NCBI GenBank assembly: GCA_964343075.1
Contig: CAYFGT010000007.1
Span: forward strand, 4,318-68,317
Direction: 5' to 3'
Length of the DNA: 64,000 nt
Source: an uncultured Dehalococcoidia bacterium
GTDB taxonomy: Bacteria; Chloroflexota; Dehalococcoidia; Lucifugimonadales; UBA3495
Positions 30,374 through 40,072 of the stretch are shown piece by piece. The notes under the pieces were generated by a model. It was not told the DNA's origin. It made no database searches and saw only the letters and a list, made by a program, of their open reading frames with translations. A program made the translations under genes and the position numbers. Numbering within the stretch: the stretch's first letter is position 1; each line of letters opens with the position of its first letter.

Positions 30374-31469
30374 ATGGAAGATTTGAAGGAAAAAACGCAC
30401 GGACTCCTTATTAGGATAAATGACTTGATGGAGCGTCTTTGACTTAGCCTCTAAGCAGCAATTAATCACCTCAATTGAATTGGAATCTGAAAGTAATGAC
30501 TTTTGGTCAAATCACGAGATTGCTTCCAGTAAAATGCAACAATTGGCGTCACTTAAAGATACGGTGTTATTCTGGACTTCCCTAAAAGATGAATTGAACA
30601 CCCTTTTGGAATTGATAGAGCTTTCTATTTCAGACAATGATACGAGTTTTCGTCATTCAGCTGAAGAAGAACTTGCTAATGCTACTTCTTCTCTAGAAAC
30701 AGAAGAATTTAAACTGCTTTTATCCGGGGAATATGATAGCAGGTCTGCTATAGTAACGATCCAAGCAGGAGCAGGTGGTACTGATTCCCAAGATTGGACT
30801 GAAATGCTTTTCAATATGTATATAAAATGGAGTCAATCACACAATAGATCTATCCAGGTTTTAAATGTTTCTCATGGAGAAGATGCAGGATATAGAACCG
30901 TGACAGTGCAGATCGAAGGGGAATATGCCTATGGTTATTTAGGGAAAGAAACTGGAGTTCATAGATTAGTTCGTCAATCTCCATTTGACCCAAATAACGC
31001 TCGGCACACTTCATTTGCTGTGGTTGAAGTTATACCGGTTGCGTCAGAACATTCAGATCCGGTTATAAGAACTGAAGATATTAAAATGGATGCCTTTAGG
31101 TCTAGTGGACCAGGTGGTCAGAATGTGCAAAAAGTCGCCTCCGCCGTGAGACTGACCCATATACCGACCGGGATTGTCGTTTCTTGTCAGACCGAGCGCT
31201 CCCAGCATCAGAATAGAGAATATGCGATGAGGATTCTCAATGCTAAATTACTAGCAGCAGAAAAAGATCGTAGAGATCAAGAAGTTGCAGAATTACGAGG
31301 AAATCGAGTTAATCCTGAATGGGGTAACCAGATAAGAAGTTATGTATTGCATCCATATAAGCAAGTCAAGGACCATAGAACCGATTTCGTGAGCACAGAT
31401 CCGGGTTCAGTACTAGAGGGTGATATTGATGATTTTATCAAGGCTTACATGGTTTCAACCTTGGCATAA
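30374..31469 (+). CDS. prfB: peptide chain release factor 2, expressed by +1 programmed frameshift
   Basis: ATG 30374 leads to CTT-TGA-C at 30437-30443, preceded by internal SD-like GGAG. The +1 frame continues into the ORF with GAGGTDSQDW, SPF and GGQ motifs. Confidence 0.95.
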
Positions 31470-32675
31470 TCACATATCAATCATGTGTCCCATTCGTGAT
31501 TTTTTGGTGTCCAAATAAGGGTGGTTCTCTGTATTCACTGCTGGTTGCATGGGAATGCGTTCTGTCACTTCCAAATTAAATCCAGATAATCCAGCAATTT
31601 TTTGTGGGTTGTTGGTCAATAGCCTGAGTTTGGTGACTTTAAGGTCTGCCAGGATTTGGGCACCGATGCCGTATTGTCGTAAATCACTATCAAATCCCAA
31701 TCTACGATTGGCCTCAATTGTGTCTAACCCTGCGTCTTGCAGCGAATAAGCCTTGATTTTGTTGTGGAGCCCAATACCACGCCCTTCCTGTCGCATATAC
31801 AGAAATACTCCAGAACCATTATTGGCTATAATTTCCAGTGATTTTTCAATCTGATCCCCGCAGTCACACCTAAGACTTCCTAACGACTCCCCGGTCAAAC
31901 ATGCACTATGCACGCGAGTTAACACCTCGTCTCCTTCGTTCCAATCTCCAATAACTAAGGCGATATGTTCTCCAGGTTCAATGTCACTTTCATATCCCAG
32001 AATTGTAAATTCACCGTATTTTGTGGGCATTCTGGCTTCGGCTACTCGTTTCACGAGATTTTCTGTTTGGCGTCTATGAGAAATTATCTGAGCAATACTC
32101 AGTATCTTGATATCGTGCTTTCCAGAAAATTTTTCTAAGTCAGGCATTCTGGACATAGTTCCGTCTTCGTTCATGATTTCGCATATAATCCCAGCTGGGT
32201 AGAGGTCTGCTAATTTGCAAAGATCAACGGTAGCTTCGGTATGGCCAGCTCTGGCCAACACTCCAGCCGGATTTGCTCGGAGCGGGAACAGGTGCCCTGG
32301 TTTAACAAAGTCGTTAGGTTCAGAGGCTTCATTAAGCAAAGCCTTTACTGTATCGGATCTATCCTGGGCAGAGATACCAGTTTCTGTGCCTATTTTATAG
32401 TCAACGGATATTGTGAATGCAGTAGAGGGTTGACCATCCCATTCTAGGGGATCTGACATCAATGGGATCTTGAGGTCATCTAATCGTTGACCTTCCATAG
32501 GCATGCACAGCAACCCTCTGGCATGCGTGACCATGAAGTTGACAGCATCAGGTGTTACATGCTCAGCAGCCATTAGTAGATCACCCTCGTTCTCTCTTTG
32601 CTCATCGTCAACAACGATGATCATTTTCCCCGATTTTAACTCTTGTAACGCTTCCTCTATGCTACATAACGTCAT
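31470..32675 (-). CDS. ribBA: bifunctional DHBP synthase / GTP cyclohydrolase II
   Basis: DDEQRENEGD, GISA.DR, PGHLFPL, RAGHTEA; RVHSACLTG...GSLRCDCG, QEGRGIGL, LLTNNP.K. Confidence 0.96.
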   Translation of the reverse strand: MTLCSIEEALQELKSGKMIIVVDDEQRENEGDLLMAAEHVTPDAVNFMVTHARGLLCMPMEGQRLDDLKIPLMSDPLEWDGQPSTAFTISVDYKIGTETGISAQDRSDTVKALLNEASEPNDFVKPGHLFPLRANPAGVLARAGHTEATVDLCKLADLYPAGIICEIMNEDGTMSRMPDLEKFSGKHDIKILSIAQIISHRRQTENLVKRVAEARMPTKYGEFTILGYESDIEPGEHIALVIGDWNEGDEVLTRVHSACLTGESLGSLRCDCGDQIEKSLEIIANNGSGVFLYMRQEGRGIGLHNKIKAYSLQDAGLDTIEANRRLGFDSDLRQYGIGAQILADLKVTKLRLLTNNPQKIAGLSGFNLEVTERIPMQPAVNTENHPYLDTKKSRMGHMIDM

Positions 32676-32688
32676 ATGATCCCACCTC

Positions 32689-33258
32689 TTACGTTGCGTT
32701 GAGAACGTATTTTGCTAAGATATCAACCTCTATATTTACTTGATCTTTTGTATTTAGATTTTGTAAGTTTGTATGGCTAAAAGTATATGGTATCACACAT
32801 ATTGTCAATGTTGAGGCATCACAGTCTGTTACTGTTAAGCTTATACCGTTAATTGCAATGTAACCTTTTTCTACAACGTACTTTGAATAAGCTGGAGGGA
32901 AAGAGAAAGTCATATAGTAGGATTCAGAATCTGGGTTTACTCGGAGGAGTTCGCCTGTCATGTCAACGTGCCCTTGGACGTAATGGCCTCCAAATCTACT
33001 ATTTACCGACATCGCTCGTTCTAGGTTGACTGGACTACCTATCCTTAATTGAGAAGCGTTAGTACGATCGAAGGTTTCTGGTGATATATCCACCTTGAAT
33101 AGAGATGAGGCCATGGATGTGATTGTTAAGCACATTCCATTAGTGCAGATGCTATCACCAATATTAGCATCTGTTAACACTGTTTCACACGCGACTGCTA
33201 ATTCATTGTCTTCTAATGCAATCACAGTGCCTACTTCTTCAATAATTCCTGTAAACAT
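32689..33258 (-). CDS. ribE: riboflavin synthase (alpha)
   Basis: MFTGIIEE, GDSI..NG.CLT, VNLERA, GGHYVQGHVD, NGISLTV, VNIEVD. Confidence 0.96.
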   Translation of the reverse strand: MFTGIIEEVGTVIALEDNELAVACETVLTDANIGDSICTNGMCLTITSMASSLFKVDISPETFDRTNASQLRIGSPVNLERAMSVNSRFGGHYVQGHVDMTGELLRVNPDSESYYMTFSFPPAYSKYVVEKGYIAINGISLTVTDCDASTLTICVIPYTFSHTNLQNLNTKDQVNIEVDILAKYVLNAT

Positions 33259-33276
33259 TTACCCTCCGGCCATTCA

Positions 33277-34365
33277 TTAGACGTACCCGGTTATGCAGAT
33301 ATCGCCTTCTAAGTCATTCATTTGGACATTCTTTAAATTTAGAGCTTGAGAAATAAGTTCGTGACCTAGTCCCCCTATAGGACTTTTGGATTCTGTTCCG
33401 CCAATTATTATCGGAGCTACAAAAACAACCACTTTGTCTACTAATCCGCAATCGAATAAGTTTCCAAGCAAATTGTTTCCACCTTCTACCATGATATTTA
33501 TGAATCCTAAATTTGCTAAGTCAGACATTAGTACCTCTAGGTCAACTCTGCCAAACTCATTAGGTGTCACTACATGAATAGCTACGGATTCTGGCAGGAG
33601 GTGGTGCTGAGTCACGATGGTTGAGGCTATCATGGTCTTTCCTGGTTGGTTGAATATGTTTAGGTCTGGCTGACGTCCGGATCTTAGTTGGCTATCGGTT
33701 ATGATGCGGGTAGGTTGTCGATCTGTCCATGGAAGGTCATCTGGGCCTCTCGCCGTCAATGATGGGTTGTCTGCTAGTACAGTTCCTATCCCAGTGAGTA
33801 TTGCATCTGATTTTCTTCTGATATTATGGACGATACGCCTAGATTGGTGATTACTTATCCATTTCGAATCTCCCGTACGAGTGCAAATCTTCCCGTCAAG
33901 GCTCATTGCAAATTTTGCAGTAACATAAGGCTGCTTGGCGGTAATGTATTTGGTGAATCCCGTGTATATTTCTGAACATGCTTGTTGGTCGGGCCAAATC
34001 ATTACTTCTAAACCGTGCTCTAGGAGTTGTTCTCTACCTCTACCGCTTACCACAGGGTTCGGGTCTGTATACCCTATAAATACTTTTTTGATACCAGCCT
34101 GTATTATTAAATCGGTACAGGGCCCAGTTTTACCATAATGGCAACAAGGCTCTAGAGTTACGTATAGATCGGCGCCATAAGGATCTAGTGTACAAGATTC
34201 AAGAGCTATAACTTCTGCATGTTTGCCTCCCGCTGGTTGGGTAGCACCTTTCCCTATTATTTCTCCGTCTTTTACTATAACTGCCCCAACTGAAGGGTTA
34301 GGACTAGTGTTACCTTGATTATCAATAGCTAGGGCCAATGCTAATTCCTGAGCTAATGGATTCAT
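33277..34365 (-). CDS. ribD: riboflavin biosynthesis deaminase/reductase RibD
   Basis: PNP.VGAVIV, HAE, LEPCCHYGKT.PC, K.AMSLDGK, SKWIS, VEGG. Confidence 0.96.
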   Translation of the reverse strand: MNPLAQELALALAIDNQGNTSPNPSVGAVIVKDGEIIGKGATQPAGGKHAEVIALESCTLDPYGADLYVTLEPCCHYGKTGPCTDLIIQAGIKKVFIGYTDPNPVVSGRGREQLLEHGLEVMIWPDQQACSEIYTGFTKYITAKQPYVTAKFAMSLDGKICTRTGDSKWISNHQSRRIVHNIRRKSDAILTGIGTVLADNPSLTARGPDDLPWTDRQPTRIITDSQLRSGRQPDLNIFNQPGKTMIASTIVTQHHLLPESVAIHVVTPNEFGRVDLEVLMSDLANLGFINIMVEGGNNLLGNLFDCGLVDKVVVFVAPIIIGGTESKSPIGGLGHELISQALNLKNVQMNDLEGDICITGYV

Positions 34366-34380
34366 AGAAACACCTTTGGG

Positions 34381-34959
34381 TTAAGTTTGAGGATCCGAAT
34401 AATTTTCGTAATATCGGCTCGGGGTAGGGTCAGATTGCCCTTGATATTTACTGCCGAGTTCTTTGGAGCCATAAAGACGCGTAGCGGGAGTTGTTAATTC
34501 CAAAAACGAAATTTGACCAATTTTCATTCCGTAAAACAATGTGATTGGTAAGTTGGAAAGGTTACTTAATTCCAATGTTAGGTGTCCTTTCCAACCAGGA
34601 TCTACGAATCCGGCGGTTGAGTGTATTACCAGGCCCAGCCTGCCTAAACTACTTTTTCCTTCAAGGCGGGCTACTAAATGCGCGGGCAATTCTATATGCT
34701 CAGACGTACTTCCTAGGACAAACTCTCCTGGATGTAAAATGAAAGGGGTGGATTCATCGATTTCTACAACCTCAGTTAAATCTTCTAAACTGTCTCTAAC
34801 GTCTATATAAGGCCTAAGAGAATTGCTGAATACTAAGACCTTATTGTCAAAATGTAAATCTACACTGGCTGGCTGTACATCATCCTCATTTAACGGTGAT
34901 ATCACGATATCACCAGATTTTATACATTCTAGTATTGTTTTATCACTTAAAACACTCAT
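34381..34959 (-). CDS. dcd: dCTP deaminase
   Basis: QPASVDL, LHPGEFVL, EGKSSLGRLG, TAGFVDPGW.G.LTLE, KYQGQ. Confidence 0.95.
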   Translation of the reverse strand: MSVLSDKTILECIKSGDIVISPLNEDDVQPASVDLHFDNKVLVFSNSLRPYIDVRDSLEDLTEVVEIDESTPFILHPGEFVLGSTSEHIELPAHLVARLEGKSSLGRLGLVIHSTAGFVDPGWKGHLTLELSNLSNLPITLFYGMKIGQISFLELTTPATRLYGSKELGSKYQGQSDPTPSRYYENYSDPQT

Positions 34960-34982
34960 TTACTTCCCTCTGCTATATATGA

Positions 34983-36212
34983 TTATCCTCTGAAATCTAC
35001 TCTTCCGTTTATTAGAGCACGAGACATGACATATTTATGAATTTCTGACGTGCCTCCCCCTATTCTTGCATGCCGTAGGAGTCTAAACCAATGGGAGATC
35101 GGCATATCTAGAGTTTCTCCTAAGCCTCCAAATATTTGCATAATTTTGTCTATACTTCTAGATCCCCACTCTCCTGCACAATATTTTATCATTGAGGCTT
35201 CAACTCTAACGTCTTTGCCTGCATCTGCCTGAATCGCCGTTTCTCTTACTAAGGCTCTAAGGCTCATTATGTCGATATACGCATCGGAAAGCATCCACTG
35301 GATTGCCTGTCTATCCGATATAGGGCTACCATAGGTGACTCGCTCGTTTGCCCAGGTTATAGCCATTTCTAGAGCTCGGGTTAAGATCCCGGTTGCCATA
35401 GATCCTCGCAATAGCCTGTCGTGGTGGACTAGCCATTTTTGCCCTAAGTTAAATCCTTGCCCAATTTCTCCAAGAACTTTTGTTTGAGGCACTCTGACTT
35501 CGTCGAGGTTTACATAAAACTGTTGTGACTTGGTTGGGGTGATCCATATGCGGATTGGATCAAATGAAAGTCCTTCAGATGGATTATCAACTATGAACAT
35601 AGTGATGCCTCCACGTTGCCTCTTAGTGTCGTCAGTTACTGCTTGTACTAACAAAAAGTCGGCCGAAGCCGCTCCTGAGATGTACATTTTAGTCCCTGTA
35701 AGAACCCATTCATCTCCATCCTTGATTGCTCGCGTTTGCATCATCCCTCCCGGGTCAGAGCCAGCTTGTGGTTCTGTTTGGCAGAATGCGTAATTTAATT
35801 TTCCGTCTATGGCTGGGATCAGGTATTCGGACTCTTGCTCAGGAGTACAAGAATCTATCATCATCATAGGCACAGGAGAAGTTGGGAGTTGGACGATACT
35901 GCGATGAATCTCTTCGTCCATTACCACATGGCCCAGGGCACCCATCCCTCCTCCTCCATATTTTTCAGGTACGAAGAGTGTGTAAATCCCAGTTTCTTTG
36001 GAAATTTTTTCTAGATGATCCCATTTTTCTTGAGGCAATGTGCCTACTATGCCTTGCACCGTTTCTGCTATGCCTTTAGGCCCACTATCGTCATTTTCTT
36101 GCGGAGGGTTAGCTAGATAGTCTGATTCTAGAGGGATACATTCATTTTCAACTATGTCACGAATTGTTAGTTTTAAAGCTTCTAGTTCTTCGGGAAGTTT
36201 GGTGTCAGGCAT
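34983..36212 (-). CDS. acyl-CoA dehydrogenase family flavoprotein
   Basis: TEPQAGSD, GTKMYISGA, R.TYG.PI...QAIQW, QIFGG.G, RIGGGTSEI. Confidence 0.9.
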   Translation of the reverse strand: MPDTKLPEELEALKLTIRDIVENECIPLESDYLANPPQENDDSGPKGIAETVQGIVGTLPQEKWDHLEKISKETGIYTLFVPEKYGGGGMGALGHVVMDEEIHRSIVQLPTSPVPMMMIDSCTPEQESEYLIPAIDGKLNYAFCQTEPQAGSDPGGMMQTRAIKDGDEWVLTGTKMYISGAASADFLLVQAVTDDTKRQRGGITMFIVDNPSEGLSFDPIRIWITPTKSQQFYVNLDEVRVPQTKVLGEIGQGFNLGQKWLVHHDRLLRGSMATGILTRALEMAITWANERVTYGSPISDRQAIQWMLSDAYIDIMSLRALVRETAIQADAGKDVRVEASMIKYCAGEWGSRSIDKIMQIFGGLGETLDMPISHWFRLLRHARIGGGTSEIHKYVMSRALINGRVDFRG

Positions 36213-36281
36213 GAATCGTCTCCTGTCCGATAAAGTAGATTTGATTGTGGGATTGATATGTTCGGTTAAATTAGTCGGTAA

Positions 36282-36476
36282 TTAGTGAAAAGGACACACA
36301 AATAAGAAAGCTGATTTGGCGTAATTTGAGTTTTCTGAATCGGACAGAGTACGAGTGTATTTAGCAGAAGCTTCTGCTGACTCATCCAAAGCGCCCGTAA
36401 TAGAGCCAAAGATTGATACTCCCATGGACAGGGTCAGAATCAAACCGGTACAGATTGCAACCAATCGAATCTTCAT
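36282..36476 (-). CDS. small membrane-anchored/secreted hypothetical protein ending in CPFH
   Basis: 64 aa: MKIR plus hydrophobic helix, polar spacer, C-terminal AFLFVCPFH; fills the intergenic gap. Confidence 0.55.
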   Translation of the reverse strand: MKIRLVAICTGLILTLSMGVSIFGSITGALDESAEASAKYTRTLSDSENSNYAKSAFLFVCPFH

Positions 36477-36608
36477 TGTGCTCTAAATTCCAATCCTTAT
36501 TATATTGACTTATATTTGTGCTGTAATTGTATAACGTTGTAAAATATTTAGCTAGCTGGGACGAGACGATTAAAGTAGTGGCTTAATTCACTAGTAGGAT
36601 TCAAAGTA

Positions 36609-37976
36609 ATGAATATGCAATTAAGAAAAATACCAAGTGTAGAATCAGTGATGAATACTGCGGTATTGCATGATCTAGCTACTAAGTACCCAAGGGAATG
36701 GATTGTAGATGTCATCCGCGAAAAGATAGCAAATAACAGACAAGATGTTCTTTCTGGGGAAGATGTAAAAGATGCGTTAGCCATATCAATTGATGTTGAA
36801 TTACATATCCATAGTATGCTTGCACCCAAGCCACGAAATGTAATAAATGGGACTGGCGTTATTATTCATACGAATTTGGGTCGAGCCCCTTTAAGTGATG
36901 ATAGTATGCAAGCTGCCATTAAGTGCGCAGCTGGTTATAGTGACTTGGAATTAGATTTACATACAGGTAAAAGAGGCGGGCGGTTAGGTACTATAAAAGC
37001 ATTGCTTACCCAACTCACTGGGGCGGAAGATGCTGTGGTGGTTAATAATAATGCTGCGGCGCTATTGTTGGCGTTATCTGCGTTATGTGTAGGTAAGGAA
37101 GTAATAGTGCCTCGGAGTGAAGCCATCGAAATCGGTGGCGGATTTCGGATACCAGATGTTCTAACTCAAAGTGGAGCTAAACTTGTAGACGTTGGGACGA
37201 CCAATCGGACATACATACAAGATTACAGAAGAGCTGTATCCGAGGAAACAGGAGGATTTCTTAAAGCCCATTCGAGCAATTTTGTCATCAAGGGGTTTAT
37301 TCATGAAGTGACAGTGTCGGAATTGTCTGAACTGGGGTCCGAGCTTGATATTCCTGTTATGCATGATGTAGGGAGTGGTGCACTGATAGACACCCGATTA
37401 TACGGACTATCATATGAACCTACTCCTCAAAGCAGTATATCAGAGGGCTCCGATTTAGTGTTTTTCTCCGGAGATAAATTGTTGGGAGGGCCGCAGGCAG
37501 GAATTATTGTAGGGAAATCGAAGTATGTATCGATTTTAGAAAAACACCCAATGATGAGGGCGATTAGAATGGATAAAATGAATCTAGCTGCTCTCTCAGC
37601 TACATTGGCCCATTATATTAAAAATGAACATGAGTCAAAGATTCCTGTCTGGAGAATGATTTCTGCAAGCTTAGATTCCCTAAGAGCCAGGATAAAAGTG
37701 TGGGAAGAGATTTCGAATGAATCTCTTGAAGCTATATCAACTGATTCGGCTATTGGAGGAGGTAGTTTGCCTGGAGAGACTATTCCAACTTATGCACTCA
37801 AAGTTAAGACCTCTCAAACAGCATATAGCGCCCTAGAGATTTTAAGCAAGCTCCGGCATAGCCAGATTCCAATAATTGCAAGGATAGAGGAAGAAGATGT
37901 GCTAATAGATCCCAGAACAGTACTGCCTGAAGATGATGGACATATATGTATGGCGTTAAAAGGAATTTTGAACTAG
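36609..37976 (+). CDS. selA: L-seryl-tRNA(Sec) selenium transferase
   Basis: VINGTGVIIHTNLGRAPL, VVNNNAAA, EIGGGFRIPDV, VGTTNRT, FSGDKLLGGPQAG, RAIR.DK. Confidence 0.95.
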   Translation: MNMQLRKIPSVESVMNTAVLHDLATKYPREWIVDVIREKIANNRQDVLSGEDVKDALAISIDVELHIHSMLAPKPRNVINGTGVIIHTNLGRAPLSDDSMQAAIKCAAGYSDLELDLHTGKRGGRLGTIKALLTQLTGAEDAVVVNNNAAALLLALSALCVGKEVIVPRSEAIEIGGGFRIPDVLTQSGAKLVDVGTTNRTYIQDYRRAVSEETGGFLKAHSSNFVIKGFIHEVTVSELSELGSELDIPVMHDVGSGALIDTRLYGLSYEPTPQSSISEGSDLVFFSGDKLLGGPQAGIIVGKSKYVSILEKHPMMRAIRMDKMNLAALSATLAHYIKNEHESKIPVWRMISASLDSLRARIKVWEEISNESLEAISTDSAIGGGSLPGETIPTYALKVKTSQTAYSALEILSKLRHSQIPIIARIEEEDVLIDPRTVLPEDDGHICMALKGILN

Positions 37977-38021
37977 TATTTGAAGGTAACCATAAAAGAT
38001 TATGAATTCTAAGGATGTTTC

Positions 38022-38771
38022 GTGAAAGATTATGTGATTGTCCACACGGCGGGGCAGAGTTCGTGGCATTGGAGCAAAGTATGGGCTTTGATGACAGCTC
38101 CTCAAACTCATCCTCCTGCGTTATTCCGCCGAAGTGTTAACGTGCATTTGGTTGACTTGCCTGGGCATGGATCAAATGATCACGGAGATGCGGGAGAAGT
38201 ACTCCGTGAAGAATGTGTATTTGAAATTGAAAAAACGATTGAAAATAACAAGCTTAATGATTATGTACTAGTGGCACATGGATTTTCAGCTAGCCTGGTA
38301 ATGCAGAGTCTTAGTTCGGTTACCAAAATGCCAAATAAAATTGTACTAATCAGCGGAATAGTAAACCAAACCGGTAAGAGTTTAATTTCTCAATTGCCAT
38401 TTAGGTCTCGCCGTTTGTTTAGATTAGCAAGAATTAAGTCAAAGTTCTCGAGAAAGCCCGCCAAATTGTCCGCTTCAGTCATTAGGAATTATGTATGTAA
38501 TGGAATGGATCCCATGGAGATCATCCAGAACTTAGGGTTTTACGAGTCGTTACCGCATGAGATGCTAGAGCAAAAATCTGCGACTTTCATTGCTCCTGAC
38601 AATGTGTCGGTAGTTTACGTTAAACTAAATCAAGATCGGATTTTGCCCCCTTCTGCACAAGATCAGATGGCCAAAGAAATAGGAGCGTCTAAGATTATAG
38701 ACATGGATTCATGTCATCAGGTGTCATTGCAGCATCCGTCAGAGTTAGCAGAATTGTTGCTAAATGTTTAA
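38022..38771 (+). CDS. alpha/beta hydrolase fold protein (methylesterase-like) with degenerate nucleophile
   Basis: IVH.AG..SW.W, VDLPGHG, LVAHGFS (no GxSxG Ser), QDRILP, DSCH. Confidence 0.75.
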   Translation: MKDYVIVHTAGQSSWHWSKVWALMTAPQTHPPALFRRSVNVHLVDLPGHGSNDHGDAGEVLREECVFEIEKTIENNKLNDYVLVAHGFSASLVMQSLSSVTKMPNKIVLISGIVNQTGKSLISQLPFRSRRLFRLARIKSKFSRKPAKLSASVIRNYVCNGMDPMEIIQNLGFYESLPHEMLEQKSATFIAPDNVSVVYVKLNQDRILPPSAQDQMAKEIGASKIIDMDSCHQVSLQHPSELAELLLNV

Positions 38772-38810
38772 CCACTCAGATTGGTAATTAATAACTGAGT
38801 TAAGAATAAA

Positions 38811-39425
38811 ATGAAATTTTTGCTTAGGGAAATGCAATCGACTGATATAGATCAAGTGGTTGCTATTGAAACTGAAGCATTCTACCCTCTGAATATTGGT
38901 ACGTCATTCACTATACAATTAAGAAACAAATATTCTAAATATCTGGTAATTGAAAGAACAGATGAATCCCTTGGGCGATATAATTTAAGTAAACAAAATG
39001 TATTATTTGGTATAATAAAGAACTTATTTAGGGAGAGATGCGTTAAACGGACAGAAATCGTAGGTTACGTAGGTATATGGTTCCAAGGAACCGAAGGACA
39101 CATCTCTGAGATAGCAGTTAAGAAGAACTTTAGGGGGAATGGATTAGGCGAACTACTTCTTATAGGGGCAATACGTACATCTATTAGTGTAGGATTACAG
39201 ATTATGGGTTTAGAAGTACGAGCATCCAATATACAAGCTCAACGGTTATACCAAAAATATTATTTTCAAGAGAGTGGAATTCGGAAAGAGTACTATTCAA
39301 ACGATAGGGAAGATGCAGTAATCATGACGACTGGTTTGATTCACAGTCCGGATTACCAAAACAAGTTTATTGAGCGTCAGCGACAGTATTTAGATTCGGG
39401 CAAAGAATTGAATTTAAGTATATGA
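38811..39425 (+). CDS. rimI: RimI-type GNAT N-acetyltransferase
   Basis: HI..IAV...FRGNGLG, LEVRASN..AQ.LY.KY.F...GIRK.YY...EDAVIM. Confidence 0.9.
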   Translation: MKFLLREMQSTDIDQVVAIETEAFYPLNIGTSFTIQLRNKYSKYLVIERTDESLGRYNLSKQNVLFGIIKNLFRERCVKRTEIVGYVGIWFQGTEGHISEIAVKKNFRGNGLGELLLIGAIRTSISVGLQIMGLEVRASNIQAQRLYQKYYFQESGIRKEYYSNDREDAVIMTTGLIHSPDYQNKFIERQRQYLDSGKELNLSI

Positions 39426-39461
39426 TGGAGCCATGGTGGAATTTTATATGGACGGGTTCAT

Positions 39462-40052
39462 ATGGTAGTAATAGGTCTCACAGGGGGCATAGCGACAGGC
39501 AAGAGTGAAGCTTCAAAGATTCTTGAAGAACTTGGAGCAGCAATCATCAACGCAGATTTGATTGGCCATGAGGCTTATCGACAAGGGTCTGTGGGCTGGG
39601 AAAGTGTTGTTCAAGCCTTTGGTAAAGGAATATTAGACTCTAGCAATGAAATAGACCGTTCCAAACTAGGAGCTATTGTGTTCTCGGATGAATCGGCATT
39701 GCAGCACCTTAACGAGATAATGCATCCGATTATGGAACGATTGGTTGAAGAAAACATTAACGCTCTCAAGGAGGGTGGCACACAAGTCATTGTGGTTGAA
39801 GCGGCACTTATGTTCGAAGCTGGTTGGGATAAATTAGTGGATACTGTTTGGGCAACGGACTCACCCGTGGAGACAGTAATATCAAGGTTAGAGTCGCGAA
39901 ACGGATTTGGGAGAACTGAAGCAGAGAAACGGATTGGTTCCCAAATGAATAGGAATGAAAGGTTGGCGAAATCAGATGTGGTGCTATCAAATACAAGTGA
40001 CCTAAAAGCGTTCAAAAATGTTATATTAGATGCTTGGTCAGAAATAAACTAA
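39462..40052 (+). CDS. coaE: dephospho-CoA kinase
   Basis: IGLTGGIATGKS, IDR.KLG.IVF, HP.., RI.SQM. Confidence 0.94.
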   Translation: MVVIGLTGGIATGKSEASKILEELGAAIINADLIGHEAYRQGSVGWESVVQAFGKGILDSSNEIDRSKLGAIVFSDESALQHLNEIMHPIMERLVEENINALKEGGTQVIVVEAALMFEAGWDKLVDTVWATDSPVETVISRLESRNGFGRTEAEKRIGSQMNRNERLAKSDVVLSNTSDLKAFKNVILDAWSEIN

Positions 40053-40072
40053 AAAGGTAAGGATGATAAGAA

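Noticed and set aside
36477-36608. tRNA-Sec or other structured RNA upstream of selA
   Set aside because: AT-rich sequence with no cloverleaf, T-loop or TCA anticodon arm; the antisense ORF 36548..36829 is also unsupported.
39423-39464. rimI TGA stop is in frame with coaE across an open 36-nt spacer
   Set aside because: No redox motif context and no convincing hairpin; both proteins are complete on their own.
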